Positions 1 to 11,879 of a stretch of 64,000 nucleotides of DNA are shown here, piece by piece. This DNA is from Haliotis rubra (lineage: Eukaryota). The notes below the pieces were generated by a model. It did not search any database. It had not been told where the DNA came from and saw only the letters and a program-made list of their open reading frames with translations. The position numbers were made by a program, and so were the translations under genes. The stretch spans positions 620,001 to 684,000 of the forward strand of contig NW_025767368.1 of NCBI RefSeq assembly GCF_003918875.1. Reading direction: 5' to 3'. Position 1 is the first letter of the stretch. Every line of letters begins with the position of its first letter.

Positions 1-615
1 TTCTTAGGTTTAGTTTTCACATCATTGAATTGAGAACTTTGTCAGCATATTTTCCAAAGCATAGACCGGGATGGAAGTTGCCATTTTGAAACCAGCCCCA
101 TCATGCTAAGGAAAGTTGCTTTCTGATTGGATAATGTTCACTCCCTGTTAGAAATCGCAAAAAAATGTAACATCTGATTTGACCTGTACTGGATGTCATC
201 AGGTTTGTTGGACAGTTTCCGTGGGATTTAAATGCGTTCTCCTCCTTTGATAACGGAGTGCATTGCCCCGAAGTAACCAATGTTTATCACAAATGTCCTA
301 GAATAAATGTCTGCATGTTACGTGTTCACTTTGCACAAGCTGTCCACAGAAGGTTTGAGAAACCCAAAGTCGATCATTGACAAGGCGCAGTGATGTAACC
401 TCAAGTATTGCTGACGGTACTGTAAATCATGCCTCAGTCTCTCAACTCAAGCCATGATTTTAGAGAATGCGGCTTTACCCTTTTGGCGAACATCTGTTAT
501 GGTCACTATATTGCTCTTCAAGCCACATGGCATCTGTTTATGGTGACATTCAAGACTATTAATTTTTCTTTTGCATTAACTATGTATCTTCTTAAAAGAA
601 CTGTTGTGTTCCCAG

Positions 616-839
616 TTATCCAGATTGGAGTCGGCGTCCTCATCTACGCCGTGAAGAACTGGAGTGTCTCCACGTCCCTGGGGTGGGCCTTCTACCTGGA
701 GTGTGGAGCAATCGGGGCTCTCGTCCTCGCCACCGTGCCACTCTTTATCTCAGCAGCAGTGACAAGGTCCAAGTCCAGGGCTGTCGATCTAACTGTCCGT
801 TTTGCTGACGACCCCAACAGACCGACGACCGAACTGTGA
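616..839 (+). CDS. Terminal exon of a claudin/PMP22/EMP-like tetraspan membrane protein (upstream exons not in the window)
   Basis: Acceptor ttcccag at 609-615, then VIQIGVGVLIYAV...SLGWAFYLECGAIGALVLATVPLFI: two hydrophobic helices with the GW(S/A)F(Y)L motif typical of the TM4 entry in this superfamily. Ends TTEL* (class I PDZ-binding-like). AATAAA at 1079-1084. Confidence 0.55.
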
Positions 840-1483
840 CGATAGCTGTGTGTAATTTCCGTTCTGGGAAGGAACAGACTTACATATCATACAGTGACAA
901 TACACCCCTGTGTATCCTACATCTACCTGGACGGAAGAAGAAACCTTGAACAGGACTATTTGTTAGGAATGAATCATGGTTTGGGTCTTCTATACCCTGG
1001 ATATAGTAAAGACTTTGGGTAGAAACGTATTTGCTTGGAATGCGATACATTATCAAAACCATGATCCACAGTACATGTAATAAACCGTACTTCATCCTTA
1101 CGTCATTTTATTTATTTAGTTAAACTGAACGGCAAAAGAACCATTTTCGTTTCAAACCTGGTTACAAGTTCATGCCTTATCTTTTTCTTCATTGAATCAA
1201 TATGAGTTACATTACCTATCAACAGATGTTTAACGAACTGTTGGAAATTACGAGTGATGGTTAAATGGCATAGTCAAAATTCTTTCAATTTTCTATCAAA
1301 AGAAGAAAATCTTGGTATACCTTCATTGATTTCTCTGTTTTAAAGGCACTGAAGATTCTTTCAATTATCTGTGTAAAGTCATTTTGTGTTTTTTCTCGCC
1401 GGAATATTGGTGCAATAATGTTGAAAGCAGCGTAACACCACACACATTTACACATACCTGCTTCACAACTATACTCTAGGTTA

Positions 1484-1543
1484 TTGAGTGAGTGAGTTAT
1501 TATTTAACGTCACATCGGCAATATTTCAGCCATATCGTGACGA
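1484..1543 (-). mobile_element. Very short SINE/LINE 3'-tail insertion
   Basis: Tail ...gctgaaatattgccgatgtgacgttaa...(actc)n on -, flanked by a 9-bp direct repeat tctaggtta (1475-1483, 1544-1552). Confidence 0.6.
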
Positions 1544-2079
1544 TCTAGGTTAGTAGATCGCTAGCCATGTGACCTGGGCCTCTTGAGGTCCGTCACATCC
1601 AAGTTGTCACGTACAACCTGTTCATCCAAATTGATGATAAACTGCTGACTTAGCAGTTTATTTTGTTATTATCTGCATAGACATATTACATTTAACATAT
1701 TGTATTTATCCATCAATATTTGTATGAGTTATGTCACAACTAAAGTCTTTTGTACGTTTTGTTATGATTTTTCCATTGTCATAAACTATTTCATCTCAAC
1801 TGAAATCAGAGAACTGATTTTCGTCCAGTGAAGAACCTGGGAGGGCAACATTGGTCAAAGGAGGGAGCCATGTCAGTCCGGTGGTTAGGGCTGGCGAATA
1901 TCTATTGTACCTCGTTGGCGTTAATACCATCAATCATGAGATGTTCTGGCCCAGGCTCCTGTTTTATAGATTGTATATAGAGTGCGCAGTTAAACAAATA
2001 AACACATTTTAACTTCTAATATAAAATCTTTTTCCAACTAATTTAACTTAATTATGTCAGTAGGTATCCACTTTAGGTT

Positions 2080-2415
2080 GCATGGGCCCTCTATGAGACT
2101 ATCAGACCAAGAGGAACTGTCTCATGTAATCAGTCTGAGGTCTGTAAGTACTTACTTGAGGATACATGGGCCCTCTATCAGACTATCAGACAAAGTGGAA
2201 CTGTCTCATGTAATCAGTCTGAGGTCTGTAGGTACTAGTACTTACTTGAGGATACATAGGCCCTTTTTCAGACTATTAGACCGAGAAGAACTGTAGCATA
2301 CATAAGCGGACAAAGAAGGATCTGTCTCATGTAATCTGTTTGACTTCAGGAAGCACCGACCTGGGGATACATAGGCCTTCTGTGCGACTATCAGACCAAG
2401 AGGAACTGTCTCAGT
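2080..2415. repeat. Degenerate tandem repeat (about 80-bp period) upstream of SLC16 copy A
   Basis: Recurring gggccctctatcagactatcagaccaagaggaactgtctcatgtaatcagtctgagg; related units near 14320-14440 and 24920-25040. Confidence 0.7.
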
Positions 2416-2558
2416 CCCAGATCTGTCTAAGCTCTTTATTAAGACTCTAATATGAAGGAAGACTTAAATTTGTATTACTCTTCAGAACCTTACCGCCTTA
2501 GACTATACATGGGAGTGGCACATCTGTTCCACTTGATGCTGATGGTGGTATTGTCGAT

Positions 2559-2690
2559 CACGTGCACACATGACTGGAATATAACCATGGATGTCTTCTC
2601 TGTAATGAGCAATGAGTCATCTTTATCTTGGCTGATGCAATTCTGTGTGCGGATGGTATATAACAGAAGTGTTGGAGAGTGTAGTTGCCA
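2559..2690 (+). promoter_or_regulatory. Putative SLC16 core promoter, copy A (homologous blocks precede copies B and C)
   Basis: E-box CACGTG near 2559, AP-1 TGAGTCA 2613-2619, TATATAA 2657-2663, ATG at 2697. The block is conserved at about 16720-16856 and 27112-27249. Confidence 0.45.
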
Positions 2691-2696
2691 TCGAGA

Positions 2697-5600
2697 ATGT
2701 CACCTCGAGACGATTCCGGCGAACGTCCACAACACAGCAGCAGCGTAAATGTCACCACTTTGGGACCGGGAACAGATTATACACCGAAACCTCCAGAAGA
2801 AATGACAGCAAGGTCTCAGGAACGGTAAGAGTGAAGTTCTTGGGCATAACATTCACCTCAATATTGGGTAGTACCAAACAGGCATGTGGAAAATTTAAGT
2901 GTTCTTTAACTTTTTTCGAATAGTACATGTTGAATGTATATCATTAAGTACCTGATAAAACAGCATCGCATTGCTATTTGGGATTACATATCGATGTACA
3001 CGGTGGTGCTTGTATGGATACTGGAACATGAAATGCCGCTGTTTACAATGGACATCATGTTGAGATACCATGCCGCAGTTTTATATGGATATTTTACTCT
3101 GACAATAACTGACTGACTGACTGACTGACTGAGTTTGGTTTTACGCCGCTTTTAGCAATATTCCAGCAACATCATGGCGGGGGACACCAGAAATGGGCTT
3201 CACACATTGTATCCATGTAGGGATTGGAACCCGGGTCTTCGGCGTGACGAGCCAACGCTTTAACCACTAGGCTACCCCACTGTCCCTCTGACAATAACAC
3301 TGACTCTGAGCTCCTTGAACACCAGGCAAGGCAACAATAAGTATAAGTGTTCAACTTATTTTATACTACGCGGCAGGGCTTCAAACCACCCCCTTTTCGC
3401 TCTCCGACAAACGCTGTATCCAGCAGACCACGGAGGCTGTCCGGATAGTGCAGGATAAAGCCGTTATTACCAACGCATGATTTGCGTGTTTCACGTCATA
3501 AACCCTCGGTGGGTGGGTGAGTATAGCACTCAGCAACATTCCAGCTATATGGCGGCGGTCTGTAAATAATTGAGTCTGGACCAGACAATCTAGTGATTAA
3601 CTGCATAAGCATTGATCTACGCAAGTCGAATACGATGACATGTGTCAACCAAATATGCGGGCCTGACCATCCAATCTCGTTAGTCGCCTCTTACGTCAAG
3701 CATGGGTTACTGAAGATCAATTCTTACCCGGATTATAGACCCTCGGACACACTATATGATGTAAATAGTTTAGATGGGGTATTTTGTTACAGATTCAGGA
3801 AAGGAAGCTTGACAACTGTCAATATAAAGAAGTGTGTGGTGGCAGCATGTCTGGTCTCCATGATGTTCATAGTGATGACGTTCCTGGTGGGTCTGGGCGT
3901 CCTGTTTGTGGAGATCCTCGACACCTTCCAGTCCTCAAGAGCCATGGCGTCCCTCCTCCAGTCTGTGTGCACAGGACTTGTGTTTGGAACAGGTAGGAAA
4001 TTATTCAATGGATGTTGTTATTCCAATAATACCAAATACTACCAAAGAGCACTTAATTCTGTCAGGTCCAACAGGATTTTCGGTGTTACCTATTTAAACT
4101 TGGTAAAGCCTGTAAAGACACTTGGCACTGTTTTAAAGATATTTTGGCAATGTTGTAAAGACATTTTGACACTATTGTAAAGGCTTTTTGGTAATGCTGT
4201 AAAGACATGTTGGCACTGTTGTAAAGACATTTCGTCAATGCTGTAAAGACATTTTGCAAAACAAAATAGAGCGGGTAAACAAAACATTGTTAAATATCGG
4301 CATGATCTCATGTTATATCAAATGGATTTACATGCTTTGGAATAACAGTGCATACGGAACATATGGCGCCCAAATCTATGACGTCAAAGTCATAGACGTT
4401 GGATCACAGTGTAGCTAACTGTCACTCAGGATATATTTTGCCAAATATTTCGAATTTTTTTGTTCATAAGAACCTAAACAAATATCCATAATATAAACTG
4501 TATCCTTTCTGTATCATCCTAAATCATAAGCAATTTTTGAAATCTTACCACATAAGAAAGTAAAGGCGAAATAGATAGCCCTAACTGACGCTGTGTTCCC
4601 AGAGTGGCATCTCTGTGTATTACGTAATAACCAAATTCAGGGTCCACACGAGGACAACTCGTTTAGAAGCTGTTCACTGTTGTAAAAACAAAGAGTTAAT
4701 CTTCTACTGTGTGTAGAAGGTGACTGATGATGCTTAAAGGAGAATACGAACGAAAACAAAACTTTTGATATATTGTAAAGGATATTCTAAAAGTCACATT
4801 CCGTGATTAAAATTGAACAAAAAGTTTGTAAAATAGCAATAAAAACACAAAAACGTACTCGTATTTCCGCCTATTACGGAAGCACCCGACAGTTAATGAG
4901 CAGAGGGGGTATCACGTGACTTGACGTCATAAGTGCCTGTTGCTGATGGCTTCCTCTTTGATTTTACCTCACAACTTAACAGTGTCCGTGGAAGCAGTGT
5001 TCAGGGGCCACTCAGGGATGAATATGAAAAGAATGAAAGCTTTAAAACTCAGGGGCCACTGTGGGAAAGGCCACTCCAGGCACAAATCTAAATCACGTGT
5101 AAATCGTATTTCCCAATTCCCCAGAGTGTCATTTAACTTATGTCGTATTCATATTACTGATATAATTCAAGTGTTATCTTTAAATGTAATTTTTTTTTAA
5201 CGTCTGACAACTTCTCTTGGCATTATGGAAATTGTGAATTAATCAAAGTCACATTATGAAATGTTTTCATAAACAAATTAACATTGCTGGAAAGCCATAC
5301 TTCAGAAATAACATAAAATATGATTCTAAGTTAATAATGATAATCACTGTTACAGGTATGTTTGCCACAATCGTCATCAAAAAAGTTGGAGAGGGACATG
5401 TGACCACTGTTGGTGGTCTGTTAGCGGGGAATTGGGTGTGTGGGAAGCGCCTTCGCCCCCTCCCTGCCGGTACTCATCTTTACTGTAGGAGTAGTTACAG
5501 GTGAGTTGGAGAGTATTTCATCACAAGATCCACGATTCGTGTTCTACAATTAAGCCAAGAAAAGCTTGCTTTTAACGGCAAGGGTTTAGTCTGGGTTTTG

Positions 5601-7651
5601 ATTTAGGCTGAAAGACATTCTGGTCAGTCTAGGAAGATACTTCATGGTTTATGCCAAAACATTGCCCGGATTCTGTGTACCAACGCGATCTTGATACTAT
5701 TATTTGTTATGTTCTCTACGTCCGAATATCACAATAACACACCCTTTATGCAGCAATTTGCAATGTCTGGACATGAACATATCTGAAAGAATATGCATGT
5801 ATACAATTATATATTCAGATCATAACTTACTGAAGCTGAAATCTTAAGAAATATTCGTTTTGCTTTCTCGAGATGATTAAGAGGTGTGTGAGTTATTTGG
5901 GTAAACTTCTTTTGGGTAAAAAATTCTTCATAAGCCTCAGACAGTTTAAAGTTCACTCTGTTTTAGGTGTCGTGACCTAGTCGTCCAACGCCAAAATTGT
6001 GCCCCTTTGAATCAACCATCGTGAGCTCGAATCCCGGTTCGCCTCAACGACGTTTCTATATGGGATTGTTGGTCATTGATCTCACAAAACCTACCTCACT
6101 TCGGACAGTCTCGCTGGGATATATTTGGAATACTGTTCAAAGCCGCATTAAACCCAACTCATTTGCCTTCTGACCTTTTGCAGGATGTGGTCTGTGCACG
6201 TTTACTGTGGTCCCCTACACAGTAACAGGACTGATGTTCAACAAAAGACGGAATCAGGTGTTCATTATTGTCAGTATTGGTCCCGGATTTGGCGGCCTCA
6301 TCTCGCCATTCCTCAACACAGCTCTCATCGATGTGTTCGGCTGGAGGGGCGCCTTCCTCGTCCTGGCCGGCCTCATGTTCCAAGCGTGTCCCATTGGAAT
6401 GCTTCTGACCGTGCTCAGCAAGGACATCCAGAGGGACAAGGAACTCAAGGCAAAAAGCAACATAGTATACAATGATATAAGAGAAGATAGCATGGTTGTC
6501 ACTAATTTACAAGAACCACCTCAGATGGAGAACAGTTCAGTGGCATATGACAATGTCACTTTTGTAGATGAGTTTGGAAAAGACAACAACAGAAGAGAAG
6601 AACACAATGGTGAAATAACGAGTAGTTTACAGATGGCCGATACTGAAGAATCCAAACAGGACACCAATGTTTCTGAAATGGAAGACACAAAACAAAAGAA
6701 GAAGTCTTTCGTGGAAACCCTGAATTTAGGTTTATTTAAAGACCTTGCGTTTATTGTTTTAGGAATATGCCTATTTATTCTAATGAGTCTTCTGCCATCG
6801 ATAAACTTTTTCTTTGTGGACATGACTATTTCTAAAGGATTTGATGCCAAACTTGGATCCTATCTTCTTTCCCTTATTGGACTGTCCAGCTTGGGAGGGC
6901 GCTTTCTCTACCTCTTCGTGAGACCTGTGGTGAAGGTGTCCCAGGTGACTGTGTTTGCTACTATGTGCATGGTGCTCGCAGGAAGTCTGTTGCCCCTAGT
7001 GTTGGCAAACACATACCCCAGCCTAGTCGCCGCTGTCGTGTGTTACGGCATCCCCCTGGGATCGTGTTCAGTAGCCTACCCCTCACTCATGTACGAAATA
7101 GCAGGACCCAAACGCTACGCATCAGCTGTGGGCTATTGTGAAACGATTTGCGGTTTGGGAGCATTCTTAGGAGGCCCTATTGCAGGTAATGCATGTAGGA
7201 TTTAGTCAGCGTGTGATTTGATAAATGAAATTGTAGCACTATAATTTAGTAAAGATTTGCCCTTTTCTTGAAACAGACTTTCCCTAGTTTGACTGGTATC
7301 AGCCAATTCTAGTGTCTTCATACATTTCACCACACAGTTTTGCATGATCCCTTCTTTGCCGAAGTAATTACATTTTGTTAATGTGCTAAAGCAGTATTAA
7401 GCATCAGCTTTGTGACTCACCATACATTCAATATTTCAAATTCCTTAATTCTGAAGAAACTATATGCTATAATATCTACGAAATGGTTTTATTTACCAGG
7501 GACAGTGAAGGATGTCACCAACTCATACGATGGAGTTGTGTTCAGTACTATGGCTGCCATGGCTGCTTGTGGCGTCGCTTTCTACACAGTCGCAGTCCGA
7601 CAGAGATGTTCACAACACCTCAACAAGGAAACTGTCTCCACCCACCTGTGA
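2697..7651 (+). CDS. SLC16/monocarboxylate transporter-family MFS protein, copy A (apparent +1 frameshift in exon 3)
   Basis: GT-AG exons 2697-2824, 3793-3992, 5356-5500, 6184-7185, 7500-7651. Motifs FNKRR, FGWRGAFLVLAG, long central loop, GGPIAG. Exon 3 is 145 nt versus 144 in B and C (GGGG at 5426-5429). AATAAA near 7738. Confidence 0.9.
3110..3285 (-). mobile_element. tRNA-derived SINE, family A
   Basis: A/B-box head (tagcctagtggtt...ggttccaatcc), (tcag)n tail, 13-bp TSD ctctgacaataac. Absent from copies B and C. Confidence 0.9.
3515..3733 (-). mobile_element. Meta/MESC-core-like SINE (family C) in SLC16 intron 1
   Basis: Core ccatgcttg.cgtaagaggcgactaa on -. Homologous copies at about 17965-18143 and 28050-28260. 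Confidence 0.8.
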
Positions 7652-7989
7652 CCAAATATTGCTGTACACATCTCGACGTCCATGCTTAATGTGTTTTCCT
7701 TCTCTAACCTCAAACAGCATGAGAGTGGGTGGGTGAAAATAAATTCAATAAATAAGAAATCTTGTTCCCTAATTGTGTGTATTTTGTGTAGTTTTAAACA
7801 CTTTGTGCCAGTTTTTAAATCGTTTGGAAATTAATAGTACATAAATAGCTGAGAAAAATCAGCTAATCAACCTTTGTCAGTCTATTGATTAAGTCGTCAC
7901 TAGTCGCACCGAAAATCCGATTAGATTTTCCACATGGTTACTCAGTGTAACCTCTCTGGTGCCCCCAGTTGTAATATTGCTAAGCCAAG

Positions 7990-8219
7990 AAGATCCGGGT
8001 AAGAATTGATTTTCAGTAATCCATGCTTGTCGTAAGAGGTGACTAACGGGATCGGGTGGTCTGACTTGGTTGACATACGTCATCGTATCCCAGTTGCGTA
8101 GGTCGATGCTCATGCCGTTGATCACTAGATTGTCTGGTCCATACTCGATTATTTACAAGATCGCCGCCATATAGCTGGAGTATTGCTGAGTGTGGCATAA
8201 AACTAACTCATTCACTCAC
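7990..8219 (+). mobile_element. Meta/MESC-core-like SINE (family C)
   Basis: gaagatccggg...ccatgcttgtcgtaagaggtgactaacgggatcgggtgg...(actc)n tail. Confidence 0.85.
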
Positions 8220-8361
8220 GTATTATTGCTGGAACATTACAACCAGTGGCGTAAAACCCAACTCACTCACTTCTAGTTGCCCCAGTATCAAACTAGCTAT
8301 GTTTCAAATTCGACATTTGGTAATAACCTCATACACTTTACAACTCTCCTACACATTAACA

Positions 8362-8495
8362 CTGACTGACTGAATGTGGTTTTACGCCGCTTTTAGCAAT
8401 ATTCCAGCAACATCACGGCGGGGGACAACAGAAATGGGCTTCACAAATTGTACCCATGTGGGGATTGGAACCCGCGTCTTCGGCGTGACGAGCCA
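8362..8495 (-). mobile_element. 5'-truncated family A SINE at the edge of the 19-bp satellite
   Basis: Near-identical to 3110-3253; flanked by tacacattaaca on both sides. Confidence 0.8.
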
Positions 8496-11340
8496 TACAC
8501 ATTAACAACTCTCCTACACATTTTCAACTCTCATACTCATTTACAACTCTCATACACATTTACAACTCTCATACACATTTTCAACTCTCATACACATTTT
8601 CAACTCTCATACACATTTTCAACTCTCATACACATTTTCAACTCTCATACACATTTTCAACTCTCATACACATTTTCAACTCTCATACACATTTTCAACT
8701 CTCATACACATTTTCAACTCTCATACACATTTTCAATTTTCATACACATTTTCAACTCTCATACACATTAATATACAACTCTCATACACATTTTCAACTC
8801 TCATACACATTTTCAACTCTCATACACATTTTCAACTCTCATACATATACAACTCTCATACACATTTTCAACTCTCTATACACATTTTTTTCAATTCTCA
8901 TACACATTTTCAATTCAACTCTCTCATACACATTTTCAACATACTCATACACATTTTCAATTCTCATACACATTTCAACTCTCATACACATTTTCAATTC
9001 TCATACACATTTTTCACAATTCTCATACACATTTTCAATTCTCATACACATTTTCAACTCTCATACACATTTATATACAACTTCCATACACATTTTCAAC
9101 TCTCATACACATTTACAACTCCCATACACATTTTCAACTCTCATACACATTTTTCAACTCTCATACACATTTTCAACTCTCATACACATTTTCAACTCTC
9201 ATACACATTTTCAACTCTCATACACATTTTCAACTCTCTCATACACATTTTCAACTCTCATACACATTTTCAACTCTCCATACACATTTTTCAACTCTCA
9301 TACACATTTTCAACTCTCATACACATTTTCAACTCTCATATACAACTCAACCATACACATTTTCAACTCTCATACACATTTTCAACTCTCATACACATTT
9401 TCAACTCTCATATCCNNNNNNNNNNNNNNNNNNNNNNNNNNNNNNNNNNNNNNNNNNNNNNNNNNNNNNNNNNNNNNNNNNNNNNNNNNNNNNNNNNNNN
9501 NNNNNNNNNNNNNNNNNNNNNNNNNNNNNNNNNNNNNNNNNNNNNNNNNNNNNNNNNNNNNNNNNNNNNNNNNNNNNNNNNNNNNNNNNNNNNNNNNNNN
9601 NNNNNNNNNNNNNNNNNNNNNNNNNNNNNNNNNNNNNNNNNNNNNNNNNNNNNNNNNNNNNNNNNNNNNNNNNNNNNNNNNNNNNNNNNNNNNNNNNNNN
9701 NNNNNNNNNNNNNNNNNNNNNNNNNNNNNNNNNNNNNNNNNNNNNNNNNNNNNNNNNNNNNNNNNNNNNNNNNNNNNNNNNNNNNNNNNNNNNNNNNNNN
9801 NNNNNNNNNNNNNNNNNNNNNNNNNNNNNNNNNNNNNNNNNNNNNNNNNNNNNNNNNNNNNNNNNNNNNNNNNNNNNNNNNNNNNNNNNNNNNNNNNNNN
9901 NNNNNNNNNNNNNNNNNNNNNNNNNNNNNNNNNNNNNNNNNNNNNNNNNNNNNNNNNNNNNNNNNNNNNNNNNNNNNNNNNTCTCATACACATTTTCAAT
10001 TTCTCATACACATTTTCAACTCTCATACACATTTTCAACTCTCATACACATTTTCAACTCTCATACACATTTCTCAATTCTCATTCACAACTCCCATTTT
10101 CACATTTTCAACTCTCATACACATTTTCAACTCTCATACATACATTTTCAACTCTCATACACATTTTCAACTCTCATACACTTTTCAACTCTCATACACA
10201 TTTTCAACTCTCATACACATTTTCAACTCCCTCATACATTTTCAACTCTCATACACATTTTCAACTCTCATACACATTTTCAACTCAACTCTCATACACA
10301 TTTTCAACTCTCATACACATTTTCAACTCTCATACACTTTTTCAACTCTCATACACATTTCAACTCTCATACAACTCCTTTAACTCTCATACACATTCAC
10401 AACTCTCTCATACACATTTTCAACTCTCATACACATTTTCAACTCTCATACACATTTTCAATTTCTCATACACATTTTCAACTCTCATACACATTTTCAT
10501 ACAACTCTCATACACATTTTCAACTCTCATACACATTTTCAACTCTCATACACATTTTCAACTCTCATACACATTTTCAACTCTCATACACATTTTCAAC
10601 TCTCATACACATTTTCAACTCTCATACACATTTTCAATTCTCATACACATTTTCAACTCTCATACACATTTTCATACAACTCTCATACACATTTTCAACT
10701 CTCATACACATTTTTCAACTCTCATACACATTTTCAATTCTCATACACATTTTCAACTCTCATACACATTTTCAACTCTCTCATACACATTTTCAACTCT
10801 CATACAACTCTCATTTTCAACTCTCATACATTTATCTCATATACATTTTCAACTCTCATACACATTTTCAACTCTCATACACATTTTCAACTCTCATACA
10901 CATTCATAACTCCCACACATTTTCAACTCTCACATTTTATACACTCTCATATTTTTCAACTCTCATACACATTTTCAATTCTCATACACATTTTCAACTC
11001 TCATACACATTTTCAACTCTCATATACATTCACAACTCTCATACACATTTTCACTCTCATACACATTTTTCAACTCTCATACACATTTTCAACTCTCATA
11101 CACATTTTCAATACACATTCTCACATATTAATATACACATTTTCACACTCTCATACACATTTTTCTCATACAACTCACTCATACACATTTACAACTCTCA
11201 TATACTCTACATCCCAATTTCACAACTTATACTCTATACAAGATACACATTCACAACTCTCATACACATTCACAACTGGGCCTCTTACACATTTTCAACT
11301 CCGTACACATTTACACATCACAACTTGTCACATTTACAAC
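8496..11340. repeat. 19-bp satellite (caactctcatacacatttt)n with assembly gap 9416-9981
   Basis: Direct tandem units, degenerating at the right end. True length unknown because of the N run. Confidence 0.97.
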
Positions 11341-11879
11341 CTCTCCATCGTAATGATTTACACATCCCTGTTAACTTTAACTTATGTAGCAATATTTGTA
11401 TGAGTTATGTCATATCTAAAGTTTTTTGTATGTTTGTTATGCTTCTTCCATTATCATAATATACTTCATCTCAATTTAAAAAACAACATACTGACTGCAA
11501 CTCTTGCGAAGTCCCCGATGAGATATATTTTAACAGGAAAGCATTGCCTTTGAGTTCCAATGTCGCGTGTTCTTTGTCACATCTCGAAAGTGAAATTATG
11601 ACATTGATTTTCGCCCCGTGAAGAAGCTCAGTGGACAACGCTGGTCAAAGGAGGCGACCACGTCGATCGGGTGGTTACGGTTGGCGAATTGGTCGACGTT
11701 ATTGCACCCCGTCGGCGTGGATACCATCAATCATGGGATTTTCTAGCCTAGACGTGACCAATTACAGGCTCTTGTTTTATAGATTGTATATTGGTGAGTA
11801 AAAGGAATAAACACATTTAACCTCAGATCTTATATAGAATCTATGTCCAACTAATTTATACCGAATTATGACTCCAATG

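Noticed and set aside
4735-4940. TTAA|AGG start resembling a Kolobok MITE in copy A intron 2
   Set aside because: No matching right TIR could be found.
6254-6850. Antisense ORFs over SLC16 and SLCO exons
   Set aside because: Shadows of the real coding strand, conserved only because the locus is duplicated.
9382-10038. Long ORFs across N runs (also 36955-37284)
   Set aside because: Artefacts of assembly gaps.
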